Positions 36,891-47,155 of a stretch of 54,029 bases of DNA are shown piece after piece. A program made the translations under genes and the position numbers. Within the stretch, counting starts at the first letter, position 1; the number at the start of each line of letters is the position of its first letter. The notes beneath the pieces were generated by a model. The model had not been told where the DNA came from, searched no databases, and worked only from the letters and a program-made list of their open reading frames with translations. Source of the stretch: a virus (taxonomy: Duplodnaviria > Caudoviricetes); the IMG/VR virus record IMGVR_UViG_3300011116_000659, positions 1 to 54,029 of that record; one strand, 5' to 3'.

Positions 36891-39800
36891 GAGCGGGACT
36901 ACTTCTGCCGCTGATGCCATGTTTCATGCTATGTCTCAGGCAGGCATTGGTGCGTCTGAGACTCCGGAGACTGAGCCGAAGGTAGAGGAGAAGCCGGCTG
37001 TTGCCCCCCCGGTGGTTGCCCCCCCGGTGGCAAAGCCCGTGGCCCCCACGGCTACCGTATCTGCGCCCCCTCCCGCAAGTGCAGATACGTCGTGGACTGG
37101 TACGTACAAGTCTGGTGGCATGGCTGACCGTGAGGAGTCTCATGACCCTGCGGTTGCCTATGATGAGTCCAGCCGTGTGCCGGAACATGACTCCGCTCTG
37201 TGGCGATTCCTCACTACTCCCGACCCTACCCGCATGGCAATCGCGAAGGCTAAGGAGCCTGCATATGCTGAGAAGGTAGAACGTGGTCGTGATGTCTCCG
37301 ACTACAAGGAGCATCTTTACGAGCAGTGGCAGTCTGACGCGAAAGAAGAAGAGGAGGACTTGCGGAAGCAGTTGAATATGCCCGCAGGTGATACTGAGAT
37401 TCCCATGATTGACGATGGGAGCAAGCTCGGTGTTGATGTGTCGCGTCTTGAGCAGAAGGTCGCACTCAAGGCGATGGATGATGAGTCCTATGACAAGTAT
37501 CATGTCTCGTACGACGCACTTGACAAGAAGCTTGAGGAGCTTGGCGTTGACAATCCTGAGGATGTGAAGGCGTCCATCAGTGCCCGTGCCCATGACAAGG
37601 CGCGTCGCCAGGTTGGCGCGGCGTTCACCGGCAAGCGGCATCTGTCTGCTTTCCTCGTGGACGATGACAAGCTCATGAAGGAGATTGACGAGATTCCTGG
37701 CTCTGCTGGCGTGTTCTCTGCTGGTATCTCCCCGCAAGAGTTCTATGCCATCGGTGCTCCTAAGACGTTCACTGTCCTCGGTAAGGATGGTGTCACCACG
37801 TCTCTGACCGGTAAGGAAGTTCGGAGTGAGCGTTGGGGTGACTACCTCAAGCGGCTCATGTTCGACTCTGTCCCGACCATTCTTGCTTCTCGTGTCAAGT
37901 CTGCCGGTAAGCACCAGTCGAAGGCCGGTGAATATCTCTACGACGGAGAGTGGAAGAAGGCTCTTGATGAGCATCTTGCTTCTACGGCTGCCATGCTCGG
38001 TGAGAAGGCGGATACTCCGGAGGAGCGTGAGGCGTATATCCGTATGCTCCGCTCTAACCCTGACCTGTTGCAGCATGTCGCTGATACCTTCCGTAAGGGT
38101 GCCGAAATGACGGCGGCGTCGGATACCATCGACGCTACCCCTGAGAATACGAAGCGCACTGGTGATGTCGCCGCTGCTATCGGGCACCTGATGGGCTTTG
38201 ATATGATTGCCGTGTCGCCGGATGCGTTCACGGTCGGTCTGTCCGGAACCACCAAGCTCGTTGGTGAGGGACTCCACCTTATCCAGACCCGTAAGGCGCT
38301 TTTCGCTATCAAGGAAGTTGAGCGCGTTGTGAACGGTGGTGGCAGTGCGAGTGACGCCGTGTCTGCTCTCAAGCGTATTGACCCTGCACTCGCTGACGTT
38401 GTCGAAGCGGAAATGCGCGCGGCTACTCGTGGCGATAACTCGATGTCTTCTGCCATCGGGCAGTTGAAGACGGACGCTGGACGGCTTGCCGATGAGGCTG
38501 CCGCGGCTTCTAAGAAGGCTGCCGAACTGGAGAAGGAATACCCCGAGACGGTCAAGGCTGCCGGTGAGGCGATTGAGAGTGAGGCGGCTCATAAGCAGGC
38601 GCTCGCAGACCAGACGGCGAAGGCGCTTGCCAAGGAGCACCGTGCCAAGCTGGCTGAATCCCTCAAGGCGAAGGCTGCCGCGAAGACTGCTGAGTCTGCC
38701 AAAATGACCAAGCAGGCGGAACTGCTTGAGGCTAAGGACGCTCTCACGAAGTCCAAGGCTGCTCTTGAGGAATATATCGCGGGGTCTTCTGCCCAGCGGA
38801 AGGCACTCACGGGCACTCAGCGGTCTGCGGATAAGATTGAGGAGTCGTACACCAAGGCTCAGGCTGCTGCCGAGCAGTATTACAAGGACAACCGCGGTCT
38901 GATTGACTCGGTGGCCGAAGATATGGTTGCGTCTGAGGAGAAGACGCAACGTATCATGGAGCTTGAGACTCGTAAGAAGCAGGCTGAGGAAGCTGCTACG
39001 ACCCTCCGTGCCCAGATTGATGAGCTACAGAAGCAGCATGGAAAAGTTGACCCTGGCTATATGCCGGCGGTCGATGCCGCTCGTAAGGAGTTTGAGTCCG
39101 GGAAGCTCAAGCTGGCTGACTACACCAAGCGTATCGCTGAAATCAAGAAGGAGTTTGACCCTATGAAGGGTGCTCCTGCTGAGGTTCAGAAGCAACTCAA
39201 GACTGCTAACTCGCTTCTCAAGCGGGCTGTCGAGGAGCAGAGTGCTGCTATCTCTGAGGCGGATAAGCTCACCAAAGAGTTGAAGGAGACTACGGAGTCC
39301 ATCAAGCAGAAGGGCCCCGAAGCTGTGAAGGCGTGGAAGGAACTCTTGAAGATGAAGGCCAAGGCCAAGTCGCTTGCTGATGAGGGTGCTGCCCTTGTTG
39401 GTAAGACGGGTGGTCTGGGCATCGGACAGGAACTCCTTGAGCATGATAGCAAGGCGTTGACTCAGTTGAAGGCTGAGCACGCCAGTGCCATTGCTACCAT
39501 GAAGCGCGTATCCGCTGAGTACGGCGGTGTTGAGAAGGCGCTAAAGGAAGCGGATAAGATTGCTGTGGAAGCCACGAAGGCTGCTGACGCGGCGCGTGGT
39601 GCCCGTCTGCGTCACTCTGAGCGGGCTATCAGTTCGTCTCAGGCGATGGCTCAGAAGGCCGCAGCGGCGCGGGGGAAGGCCGCAGCGGGCGCCGTCGAGG
39701 ACATCGCGGCTACCAAGGGCAAGGTGGCAGACAAGCTGGACGAGAGCGCGCGGAAGGCCGCGCAGTCGGAGGCGTGGAAGGCAGCGGCGCTTCGCACTGT

Positions 39801-42800
39801 CCGTGACTATGCGGAAGGACTCAAGCGCAGCCGCAGTATGCGGGCACAGATGGATGCTCTTACCACGTCCAAGAGTCTTATCACGGATGGGGTTGACCTC
39901 CACAAGGTAGCTGGCACTGCTGATGTGTCAGTCCGTAATACGGACATGCTCAAGAAGCTCACCGACCTTGCTGGGCCCGGTGGCCTGGGCATCTTGGCAA
40001 AGCAGGAGACTCCGCTTGGTGATGTTGTGCGTAAGCTTATCAACACCAAGGGCACCTGGGTTGTTCTCAGTCCGGCTGAAATCTCCACGATTCAACGGGC
40101 ACCCCGCGAGGTCGCCGGGGCCCTGCTCCGTGGTAGTGATAAGTACCCGCAGCTTCTCACCCACTCGACTGTCCAGAACCTTGACAAGATCGAGCATACC
40201 AAGGCGACTTCCTGGTCGCTTGAGGGTATCCGTCGTCGTGTCACCACTCTTCCGCAGCGTCTCTCCAAGTCATTCGGTCCTGGGTATGTGAAGCTCGGTG
40301 CTGTTGAGGAGCAGTTGCCTGAGATTATTCGTGCGATGTCGAATAAGACTGCTCAGGCGAATGATGAGCTTGCTTATCTGCATCTTCACGGTAAGTGGAA
40401 GGACGTGAGTGAAGATACGAAGAAGGCTCTCACGCTCCTCGGCATTGATGCCAGTGCTGATGAGAAGGGGGCCGTGCAGGCTGGTCTTATTATTGACTAC
40501 CTGGATACCACTCGTCCACTCCCGTATGGTCCTGGTGCTACTCTCCAGAATACGAGCACCCTGTCTGGTCGCTCTATCTTCTGGCAGTTCCGTCATCAGG
40601 CACTCAATGATGCCCGTGTCGCTTCCTTTGTGGAGGAGCTTGATAAGCTTCCCGAGGGTGCTGACATGGCACCGCTCATCGACAAGTTTGCGGATACGTC
40701 TGCCCCTCACTTGGTCGGTATGGCGCGTACGTGGTTCCCGAGCACGACGGAGAATGTCAATCCCCATACGGCTGCCATCATCCTCCGTGACATGATGGAG
40801 GAGTTGAAGTCATCGTACGCTGCCGATGGCGACTTCGTACACTTCATGGCCGCGATGAAGAAGCGTACGGCGGCGCCAACGTATGTTGGTACTGACATCG
40901 TGCGTGACGGGGAAGTCATCGCCGGTTCTCTCCGTCCACGCTCTCAGACGGGCCTTGGGGGCACTGATACTAACATCGTCCGTGTGATGGGCTTCACCGG
41001 TAGCCTCGTGTCTCATGGGTCCAATCTCTATGAGACGGATGCCATGCTTGCCAAGGCTGTCGGCGGCGTCATCGATACGGAGACGATGCGACACGTTGAT
41101 GCATTCCTTAGCGGTGCATATAGCGGCGTAGACGGCAAGCCAGTTGATATGCGGAAGGTGATGGACTTCTTTGGCCGTGCTGGGCTTCCTATGACGGCGG
41201 ACCGTCAGGTCATCCGTGATTGGGCCGGCAACGTGGGGGAGCGGACGGTTGCCGCCGCACTCCTCGGGAGCGACCCCAAGGCACCTGTGTGGGCCACCAA
41301 GCAGCTTGTGGAGCAGCTTGATAGCGAGCTTGGTAACGTCGCGAAGCGGCTTGAGGGACGTACCCGCTTCGACGGACCCATCGGGGCTAACGCTCAGGTT
41401 CTCGTAAACGTGTGGCGTCGGTCTGTTACCACCGGGTATCTCCTCCCCAATCCTTCCTTCTGGACTACCAACTGGCTTGGTAATGTCACGCAGGCATGGA
41501 CAGTGCTTGGTCCTGAGAAGGCATTGCAGGGTGGTATCGATACCATCGCACCGAATATCCCCCTCGTTGGTAAGTTCGTTCAGGATTTCATGTCTCGTCA
41601 GGCTGATAAGGCGGCTGGTAAGGCTGTCATCGGTCCTGTCATGGAGTGGCTGTTCAATCCGCATATCGCGGCTGTGGCCAATGGGGAGCAGGGCTTTGTC
41701 AAGTTCAAGAGTGGACTTGTCATGGACTATGCCACGATTCGTCGTAACTGGATTGACCAGGGTGTCGTTGATACCATGCTCCGTGAGGAGTTGACGGACG
41801 TGTTCTCCCGCCGGGATGTCACGTCTATCAGTGCCCGTATCCCGCGATGGCTTTCTGGTGAGAGTGCGTACCATCGTACGCTGTCTGACTTCCAGACCAT
41901 GACGCAGCAGCGTGCCCGTATGTCCCTGTGGCTCCGTCTGGTGAATGATGGTCACCAGCCTACGGAAGCAGGCAAGCTGGTGAATGACGCGTACTTCGAC
42001 TGGAAGCACGGCGCCCCGCCTATCAAGGCATTCATGGCGTTGCTTCCCTTCTGGCGCTTCACTGCTCTTGGGCACCGGCAGGCTTTCCGGGCACTCATGC
42101 AGGGTATGTATGACCCTGAGGGTGCTATGAAGGCCGCTATGATTGGGCAGTCCCAGCTTGGGCACATGCGGCAGCAACTCTATGCCGTAAGTGAGCTTGA
42201 GAACCTTATGTTGCCCAGCCAGCAGGGGCCCTATGCTTCGCAGGATGAGAAGACCCTCGCGCTCGCCACAGATGAAAGCCCTATGTGGTACAGTGGGCGC
42301 ACCCGTATGTCTCTCCAGGTGGTTGATGATGCCACCCGTCGTCAACTGTTCCTCGACTCCGGCAAGGACAAGCCCTATGCCTTGTACTCCTTGCCTGACA
42401 ATACCACTCTCGGATTCGTTGACGTTCAGATTGGACTCGCCGCTGCCCTGGGCTCGCACTTGTACGCCGGAGCCTACGGGGATGCAGTCGAACCGCTTAT
42501 GGTTCAGTCTGTTGGGGAGCTCACGGGTGAGGCTGTAGACAAGAGTAACCCTTGGCTGTCTGAGCCTATGCATACGTTCTTCAACAGCATTGGTCTTGAC
42601 CCTGACAGTGGGCAGGAGAGTAAGGACCAGTGGGGTACGGCTGAGAAGGCGTTGGTTGCACGTCATCTTGCCGGGAAGTTTGGTATCGATCCGGATAAGG
42701 TCGCCTATCAGCCTGAGGATGGGCATGGCCGGTGGCGTATCAAGCCGATCGCGGCTGTTCTCACTGAGCTTCCGGGTATGAATAACCTTACGCAGAACTA

Positions 42801-43038
42801 CGCCCGGTTTGCCCTCAATCCGTACCGATTGCAGGACGACCCGCGGGCTGTGAAGTCTGTCACCTATATCATGACGAAGATGATGGGTACTGGCCCTAAC
42901 TACTACAGCCCTGAGACTCGTCTGAGGGAACTCCGGTCTGATGCTGAACGCAAGCTCAAAGCGGTGGACGCCTCGACGCGGCCGACGTGGCAAGGTTTCG
43001 ACCCGGCCGACCTTGACAAGAAGGAGCGGGCCCGGTAG
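36868..43038 (+). CDS. Large internal virion / ejection protein (2056 aa)
   Basis: Long Ala/Lys/Glu coiled coil; C-terminal WRRSVT...PSFWTTNWLGN, AYFDW, LPFWRF motifs typical of large podovirus ejection proteins. Confidence 0.7.
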   Translation: MKPTAPSKSGTTSAADAMFHAMSQAGIGASETPETEPKVEEKPAVAPPVVAPPVAKPVAPTATVSAPPPASADTSWTGTYKSGGMADREESHDPAVAYDESSRVPEHDSALWRFLTTPDPTRMAIAKAKEPAYAEKVERGRDVSDYKEHLYEQWQSDAKEEEEDLRKQLNMPAGDTEIPMIDDGSKLGVDVSRLEQKVALKAMDDESYDKYHVSYDALDKKLEELGVDNPEDVKASISARAHDKARRQVGAAFTGKRHLSAFLVDDDKLMKEIDEIPGSAGVFSAGISPQEFYAIGAPKTFTVLGKDGVTTSLTGKEVRSERWGDYLKRLMFDSVPTILASRVKSAGKHQSKAGEYLYDGEWKKALDEHLASTAAMLGEKADTPEEREAYIRMLRSNPDLLQHVADTFRKGAEMTAASDTIDATPENTKRTGDVAAAIGHLMGFDMIAVSPDAFTVGLSGTTKLVGEGLHLIQTRKALFAIKEVERVVNGGGSASDAVSALKRIDPALADVVEAEMRAATRGDNSMSSAIGQLKTDAGRLADEAAAASKKAAELEKEYPETVKAAGEAIESEAAHKQALADQTAKALAKEHRAKLAESLKAKAAAKTAESAKMTKQAELLEAKDALTKSKAALEEYIAGSSAQRKALTGTQRSADKIEESYTKAQAAAEQYYKDNRGLIDSVAEDMVASEEKTQRIMELETRKKQAEEAATTLRAQIDELQKQHGKVDPGYMPAVDAARKEFESGKLKLADYTKRIAEIKKEFDPMKGAPAEVQKQLKTANSLLKRAVEEQSAAISEADKLTKELKETTESIKQKGPEAVKAWKELLKMKAKAKSLADEGAALVGKTGGLGIGQELLEHDSKALTQLKAEHASAIATMKRVSAEYGGVEKALKEADKIAVEATKAADAARGARLRHSERAISSSQAMAQKAAAARGKAAAGAVEDIAATKGKVADKLDESARKAAQSEAWKAAALRTVRDYAEGLKRSRSMRAQMDALTTSKSLITDGVDLHKVAGTADVSVRNTDMLKKLTDLAGPGGLGILAKQETPLGDVVRKLINTKGTWVVLSPAEISTIQRAPREVAGALLRGSDKYPQLLTHSTVQNLDKIEHTKATSWSLEGIRRRVTTLPQRLSKSFGPGYVKLGAVEEQLPEIIRAMSNKTAQANDELAYLHLHGKWKDVSEDTKKALTLLGIDASADEKGAVQAGLIIDYLDTTRPLPYGPGATLQNTSTLSGRSIFWQFRHQALNDARVASFVEELDKLPEGADMAPLIDKFADTSAPHLVGMARTWFPSTTENVNPHTAAIILRDMMEELKSSYAADGDFVHFMAAMKKRTAAPTYVGTDIVRDGEVIAGSLRPRSQTGLGGTDTNIVRVMGFTGSLVSHGSNLYETDAMLAKAVGGVIDTETMRHVDAFLSGAYSGVDGKPVDMRKVMDFFGRAGLPMTADRQVIRDWAGNVGERTVAAALLGSDPKAPVWATKQLVEQLDSELGNVAKRLEGRTRFDGPIGANAQVLVNVWRRSVTTGYLLPNPSFWTTNWLGNVTQAWTVLGPEKALQGGIDTIAPNIPLVGKFVQDFMSRQADKAAGKAVIGPVMEWLFNPHIAAVANGEQGFVKFKSGLVMDYATIRRNWIDQGVVDTMLREELTDVFSRRDVTSISARIPRWLSGESAYHRTLSDFQTMTQQRARMSLWLRLVNDGHQPTEAGKLVNDAYFDWKHGAPPIKAFMALLPFWRFTALGHRQAFRALMQGMYDPEGAMKAAMIGQSQLGHMRQQLYAVSELENLMLPSQQGPYASQDEKTLALATDESPMWYSGRTRMSLQVVDDATRRQLFLDSGKDKPYALYSLPDNTTLGFVDVQIGLAAALGSHLYAGAYGDAVEPLMVQSVGELTGEAVDKSNPWLSEPMHTFFNSIGLDPDSGQESKDQWGTAEKALVARHLAGKFGIDPDKVAYQPEDGHGRWRIKPIAAVLTELPGMNNLTQNYARFALNPYRLQDDPRAVKSVTYIMTKMMGTGPNYYSPETRLRELRSDAERKLKAVDASTRPTWQGFDPADLDKKERAR

Positions 43039-43041
43039 TAT
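43013..43041 (+). promoter_or_regulatory. Consensus sigma70-type promoter
   Basis: TTGACA-N17-TAGTAT upstream of 43105. Confidence 0.7.
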
Positions 43042-43104
43042 GTAGATGCTCGCACCCGGGGATATCTCGTCCCCTCTGGGTTCACATGCAAGCCGAGGTG
43101 TCTC

Positions 43105-44028
43105 ATGGAGCAGAAGTCTATCGCCCCCCAGCGTCTCTACACCGCTGGTGATGACCGGAACGTTGGTCGTCATACCCTTGTTCTCGCCGGTGGCACGGTT
43201 GCCAAGGGTGACATTGTTATGCCGGACTCTACGACGGCTGTGGCATCCAACTCTATCTCGGTCACCAAGGCCGCCGCCAACAACGGCAAGGTGGTCAACT
43301 CTCCTCTGTTCGTGGCTGCCCATCCGGGTACTGCTGGTGGGAGTCTCCGGGTTGCTGAGTGGTGGGTTCTGTCCGGTCAGAACACTTCTGGTGCTGCGGT
43401 TGATGACCCTGTCTACCTGAGTGATACTGCCGGTGGGTGGTCGCTCTCTCCTGGCACGTCCAAGCGTCGTATCGGTACGGTTCTGGTGGTTCACGCCAGT
43501 GCGGGTGTCGTTCTTCTGGCTCCGAACAACGTCTTGCAGACGGTGGTTGACAGCATCAGCAACACTGCCGTGTCTACTGCCATCACTGGTACCACCGAAG
43601 TTGCTACCAACTTCGACCGTACCCAGACCATCAAGGCGAACCGGCTTCGCCCTGGTTCTCGTGTCCGTGTCCGTGCGTGTGGTATCCACACGGCGACCAC
43701 GGGTGCTGAGACGCACACGATGGCCCTCAAGTTCGGGTCTGTCACTGTCGCGAGCAAGGCCGCGATTGACCCTGCGAACAACGATATCTTCTACTTCGAC
43801 TTCGACATCGTCATCCGGACGATTGGTGCTGGTGGTACTCTTGCCGCTACCGGTGTGATGGGCTTCGGTGCCTCTGGCACTATGAATCCCACGGCTGTGT
43901 TGAAGGGTAGCACTGCCATCGATACTACGGCCGACATCGTGGTTGCCGTGAACATCACCCGTCAGGCTGCGGCGACTGATGCTGATAGTGCCCAGCTTGA
44001 GATTCTGGCTGTCGAAATCCTCGACTAA
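43105..44028 (+). CDS. Minor structural protein (capsid-fibre/decoration-like)
   Basis: DPVYLSDTAGG...RIGTV decoration-type N domain plus beta-rich C domain. Confidence 0.6.
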   Translation: MEQKSIAPQRLYTAGDDRNVGRHTLVLAGGTVAKGDIVMPDSTTAVASNSISVTKAAANNGKVVNSPLFVAAHPGTAGGSLRVAEWWVLSGQNTSGAAVDDPVYLSDTAGGWSLSPGTSKRRIGTVLVVHASAGVVLLAPNNVLQTVVDSISNTAVSTAITGTTEVATNFDRTQTIKANRLRPGSRVRVRACGIHTATTGAETHTMALKFGSVTVASKAAIDPANNDIFYFDFDIVIRTIGAGGTLAATGVMGFGASGTMNPTAVLKGSTAIDTTADIVVAVNITRQAAATDADSAQLEILAVEILD

Positions 44029-44039
44029 GGGGGTGCCAC

Positions 44040-44444
44040 ATGCAGCCTGTCTCTTTCCGGGTTGTCCGTAAGAGTGGTACCAGTGTCAATACCATTGGTA
44101 CCGGTACGGATATCACTCTCCAGATTGGGGAGGACAAGGGAGCGAATGCGACGGACACTGACCGTGTGAAGGTCCGTGTCCAGCGTATCAAGCTCAAGAA
44201 TGTCGCAGGGGCGACCATCGCGACGTTTCAGCCGGCGCTGTTCTCGGCGTCGGGGGCTGCGCTTGGTGACATCGAGCAGGAGTACAACGGATTCAATACC
44301 GTCAAGGCTGACCTGTACGATGACAATGACTTGAATCTGTACATGCTCACCGACACCCGGGGGAGGCTGTTTCTTCGGCCGACCCCTGACGCCGGTGCTG
44401 ACAATCAGTTCAAGTACAGTGTCACATATGAAGTGCATTTCTAA
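44040..44444 (+). CDS. Hypothetical beta-rich, probably structural protein
   Basis: 134 aa; position. Confidence 0.6.
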   Translation: MQPVSFRVVRKSGTSVNTIGTGTDITLQIGEDKGANATDTDRVKVRVQRIKLKNVAGATIATFQPALFSASGAALGDIEQEYNGFNTVKADLYDDNDLNLYMLTDTRGRLFLRPTPDAGADNQFKYSVTYEVHF

Positions 44445-44454
44445 CGAGGATACC

Positions 44455-44772
44455 ATGCGTAAGCTCTGGCTCTTGTACCTGGGGCCCGTACTCATGGTAC
44501 TCCTCGTGTCTTCGGCGGCAGCCCAGGACATCGCCCACATTACGGGGGAAACAGTTACCACCCCCCCTTCTGGGCATTCACCGGACTATCTCTTACAGCT
44601 TGGGCCCTATGGGGTCTTTGCTTGGGCAGCCTGGATGATGCGTGGTGCCTTGGAGACGTTGAAGAACGGTATCCAGGTAAGTATTGTGCATCGGCATGAG
44701 CTTACCCATGCTGGCATTGAGTCCCTACGGAAGGTGCTCAACGGCACAAAGGATAACGAGGAACAGGAATGA
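44455..44772 (+). CDS. Holin-like membrane protein
   Basis: MRKLWLLYLGPVLMVLLVSSAAA hydrophobic segment, a second TM, charged tail; overlaps the putative lysin. Confidence 0.55.
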   Translation: MRKLWLLYLGPVLMVLLVSSAAAQDIAHITGETVTTPPSGHSPDYLLQLGPYGVFAWAAWMMRGALETLKNGIQVSIVHRHELTHAGIESLRKVLNGTKDNEEQE

Positions 44773-45215
44773 AGCTTGTCAATATGCGCGACGTGTTCTC
44801 CGAGCACGCGACCCTGGGCACACTGACCATCGATGATAAGCACTTCGGTTATGTCTGCGAGGACACCGACCGTGGGCTTGACTCCTCGATGCCCCTCGCT
44901 GAAATCAAGCGACTCAAGGTGAAGGGGCGTACTGCCATTCCGACGGGTGTGTACAGGGTCGGGATTCGGTACAGCCCGGGGCATAAGAAGGACATGCTGT
45001 ATCTCCAGGACGTGCCTGGGTATCAGTACATCCTTCTCCATACCGGTAACACGGCTGAGGACACGGAGGGCTGCCAGCTTCTCGGGTTGACTCGCTCTGT
45101 TCCGAGTATGTCTGTTGGTAAGTCTACCCCGGCGATTGCTTGGATTGAGGCTCAGCTTATGCCTCTCATCCGGCAGGGCGCCGAAGTTACGTACGAGGTA
45201 CGGGCTCAGCGGTAG
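44769..45215 (+). CDS. DUF5675-family protein, putative endolysin
   Basis: TLGTL...CED...TAIPTGVY...DVPG...ILLHTGN...DTEGC.LLG. Confidence 0.8.
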   Translation: MKLVNMRDVFSEHATLGTLTIDDKHFGYVCEDTDRGLDSSMPLAEIKRLKVKGRTAIPTGVYRVGIRYSPGHKKDMLYLQDVPGYQYILLHTGNTAEDTEGCQLLGLTRSVPSMSVGKSTPAIAWIEAQLMPLIRQGAEVTYEVRAQR

Positions 45216-45224
45216 AAACACGAA

Positions 45225-45251
45225 CGCCCCGTAGGGGTTACCTACGGGGCG
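45225..45251. terminator. Hairpin between convergent arms, probable bidirectional terminator
   Basis: cgccccgtagg-ggtta-cctacggggcg, perfect 11-bp stem. Confidence 0.7.
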
Positions 45252-45389
45252 CTGTGGGTAGGTCGTCGTGCTAAACCAAGATGGAGTCGGTATCCCGAAA
45301 GCATACTTGGCGCCGTACGGCTGTGCTACTACCATTGCACCTGAGTCGGCTCCCCCTCGTGATGTGGGGACGAACGGACCCTGGCTCTC

Positions 45390-45866
45390 TCAGAGGATGT
45401 CGTCGCCGTCGTCAGACGCGGGCTCAGTCACGTCAGACGCAGACTCGTTGGTTGCCTCGGTCGCCGGAGCCGGAGCCGTGACGCCCGCACGGGCCGCCTC
45501 AGCCTCAGCGATGAGCTTGTTGAGGTTCGCCACCGTATCAGCGGAGTACGCCACACGGCCGTTGGTACCACCGCGGACACCGGAGCTACCCGTGACACGC
45601 TCGGGGAGTGCAACACCAGTCTTGCGAAGGGTCTTCGCGCGGGCCTGAACAGCCTGCACGGAGATATCGAGCGCAGCGCCAATCTCAACAAGAGACGGGT
45701 GGTTGACCCATGCATGCACGAACTCAGCGACGGGCACCCGCTCCTTGCGCCGGGCAGCATCAAGGCGGGCCTGACCCTCAGGGGTCATCACACGGGCCTT
45801 ACGGGTGGACTCAGCCGCCGGAGCGGGAGCAGTGACGGGGGTAGGAGTGGAAGCGGAACGGGCCAT
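45390..45866 (-). CDS. HTH DNA-binding protein with acidic tail
   Basis: SLVEIGAALDISVQAVQARAKTLRKTGV; C terminus DDGDDIL. Confidence 0.65.
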   Translation of the reverse strand: MARSASTPTPVTAPAPAAESTRKARVMTPEGQARLDAARRKERVPVAEFVHAWVNHPSLVEIGAALDISVQAVQARAKTLRKTGVALPERVTGSSGVRGGTNGRVAYSADTVANLNKLIAEAEAARAGVTAPAPATEATNESASDVTEPASDDGDDIL

Positions 45867-45917
45867 GATGATTCTCCAGGGTGGAAGAGGGGGACATCCC
45901 CTCGGGGTGAATACTAC

Positions 45918-46286
45918 TTACCATACCGGTCCCAGACCCGCAAGGGCACTGGTGCAAGATTCTAAATCTTTTCTCGCTGCCCGGATGTCCAGGGGAGTAC
46001 CACGCGCCCGCAGGACACGGGCACCTGCCCCCGGCGGGCACAGCCGGAGCCATGCCGACAGCCGGAGGTGCTTGCGCCGCGAGTTGCATATGATACAAGC
46101 GGTCATAAGGCGCCTTGGGTCGTTGTCACGGAATCGGCTGTGCTTTGGGAATACATGGTCAAGGGTAAGATAGCCGGGTTCGTCACAGTAGACGCAGCGC
46201 ATACCATCGCGTAGATAGATAGCCCAGCGTTTCTCTTTACGAATCCAGTTACTCCCCTTTCCATTCTTACGCTTACGCTTCGTCAC
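45918..46286 (-). CDS. HNH endonuclease
   Basis: IYLRDG.RCVYC...LTLDHV...ND...L.TACIICN; probable GTG start at 46286. Confidence 0.85.
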   Translation of the reverse strand: MTKRKRKNGKGSNWIRKEKRWAIYLRDGMRCVYCDEPGYLTLDHVFPKHSRFRDNDPRRLMTACIICNSRRKHLRLSAWLRLCPPGAGARVLRARGTPLDIRAARKDLESCTSALAGLGPVW

Positions 46287-46782
46287 GGAAGTGTTCAAGC
46301 TGAACCCAGAGCCTCTGGGCGTCGAGTGACCACAGCCCATTCTCAGGCTTGTGATGGCGTGAGAGTCCGTTCACGAACCCCGGGCGGGTGTTCACACAGA
46401 CTGCCGTGAGAATCCGGATACCCGAAGTGGTATCACCAGGGCTGTACTTCAACTCCGTCTCATACGCGAGCAAGCGCGCAGCCAGGAAGTTGAGGAGGAC
46501 GCGCTTGGCATCGCTGCTGCACTTGATTTCGCCGGAGTTACGGCACAGTTCGATGAGATGGTTGAGATCGCTCTGATACTTGCTCTTGTCGCCGGGCTCG
46601 ATTGGCGAGAGAGTAGCCATGACATCCCGAAGAGACTTCGGGCGCCGGATGTTCTCGTTCAGAGCCGAGGTGATGAGGTTCGCGGAGGACACCGACCATG
46701 CCTCAGCAAAGGCCGCTCCATGCGAGTCATAGATGGTGTAGTACACATCATCATCTTCCTTCATTTCACGGTATGTGAACAT
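46273..46782 (-). CDS. Hypothetical protein
   Basis: 169 aa; TAATG coupling. Confidence 0.7.
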   Translation of the reverse strand: MFTYREMKEDDDVYYTIYDSHGAAFAEAWSVSSANLITSALNENIRRPKSLRDVMATLSPIEPGDKSKYQSDLNHLIELCRNSGEIKCSSDAKRVLLNFLAARLLAYETELKYSPGDTTSGIRILTAVCVNTRPGFVNGLSRHHKPENGLWSLDAQRLWVQLEHFRDEA

Positions 46783-46994
46783 TACGAGTCCCCGTTGACA
46801 GCCTTCTCAAGGCGTCGGATTTCGACCTGACGGTCGAGTTGTTGATTGCGGATGACAGAGGCGTTCGCCGCCCACACCCCCCGTGCCTCAGGGCTCAGAG
46901 TGCCCATGGTGCGGGTGATAGAGTCGAGCTTACGACCCTCACGGATATGCTCAAGGCAAAGAAGGTCACGCTTGTTCTTATCGGTGGAAGCCAC
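46782..46994 (-). CDS. Hypothetical protein
   Basis: AGGAG SD; 70 aa. Confidence 0.65.
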   Translation of the reverse strand: MASTDKNKRDLLCLEHIREGRKLDSITRTMGTLSPEARGVWAANASVIRNQQLDRQVEIRRLEKAVNGDS

Positions 46995-47154
46995 GATTGT
47001 CTCCTGTAATGATCCAGATTATCAGACGGAATGCTACCCAGCCCCATGAGAATATCGATACGAATACCGCGTAGAGTGGTGGGGTTCCACTCATAAACTC
47101 AATGAGCAGGGCAACGAGGACACCCCAAAGGTAATACTGCGTGTCGTCGTCCAC
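46978..47154 (-). CDS. Small two-TM membrane protein
   Basis: YYLWGVLVALLIEF...LYAVFVSIFSWGWVAFRLIIWII; GTG start just after the ATPase stop. Confidence 0.6.
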   Translation of the reverse strand: MDDDTQYYLWGVLVALLIEFMSGTPPLYAVFVSIFSWGWVAFRLIIWIITGDNRGFHR

Positions 47155-47155
47155 G

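Noticed and set aside
36868-43038. Tape measure protein or virion RNA polymerase
   Set aside because: No tail tube or chaperone genes and no DxDGD-type or T7-RNAP motifs seen; context fits an ejection protein
2281-43716. Very long antisense ORFs (2281..3894, 9617..11077, 11297..12508, 25988..27787, 34647..36719, 36790..38949, 40810..43716)
   Set aside because: They mirror real genes, have Arg/Leu/His-rich non-protein-like composition, and are expected from this codon bias
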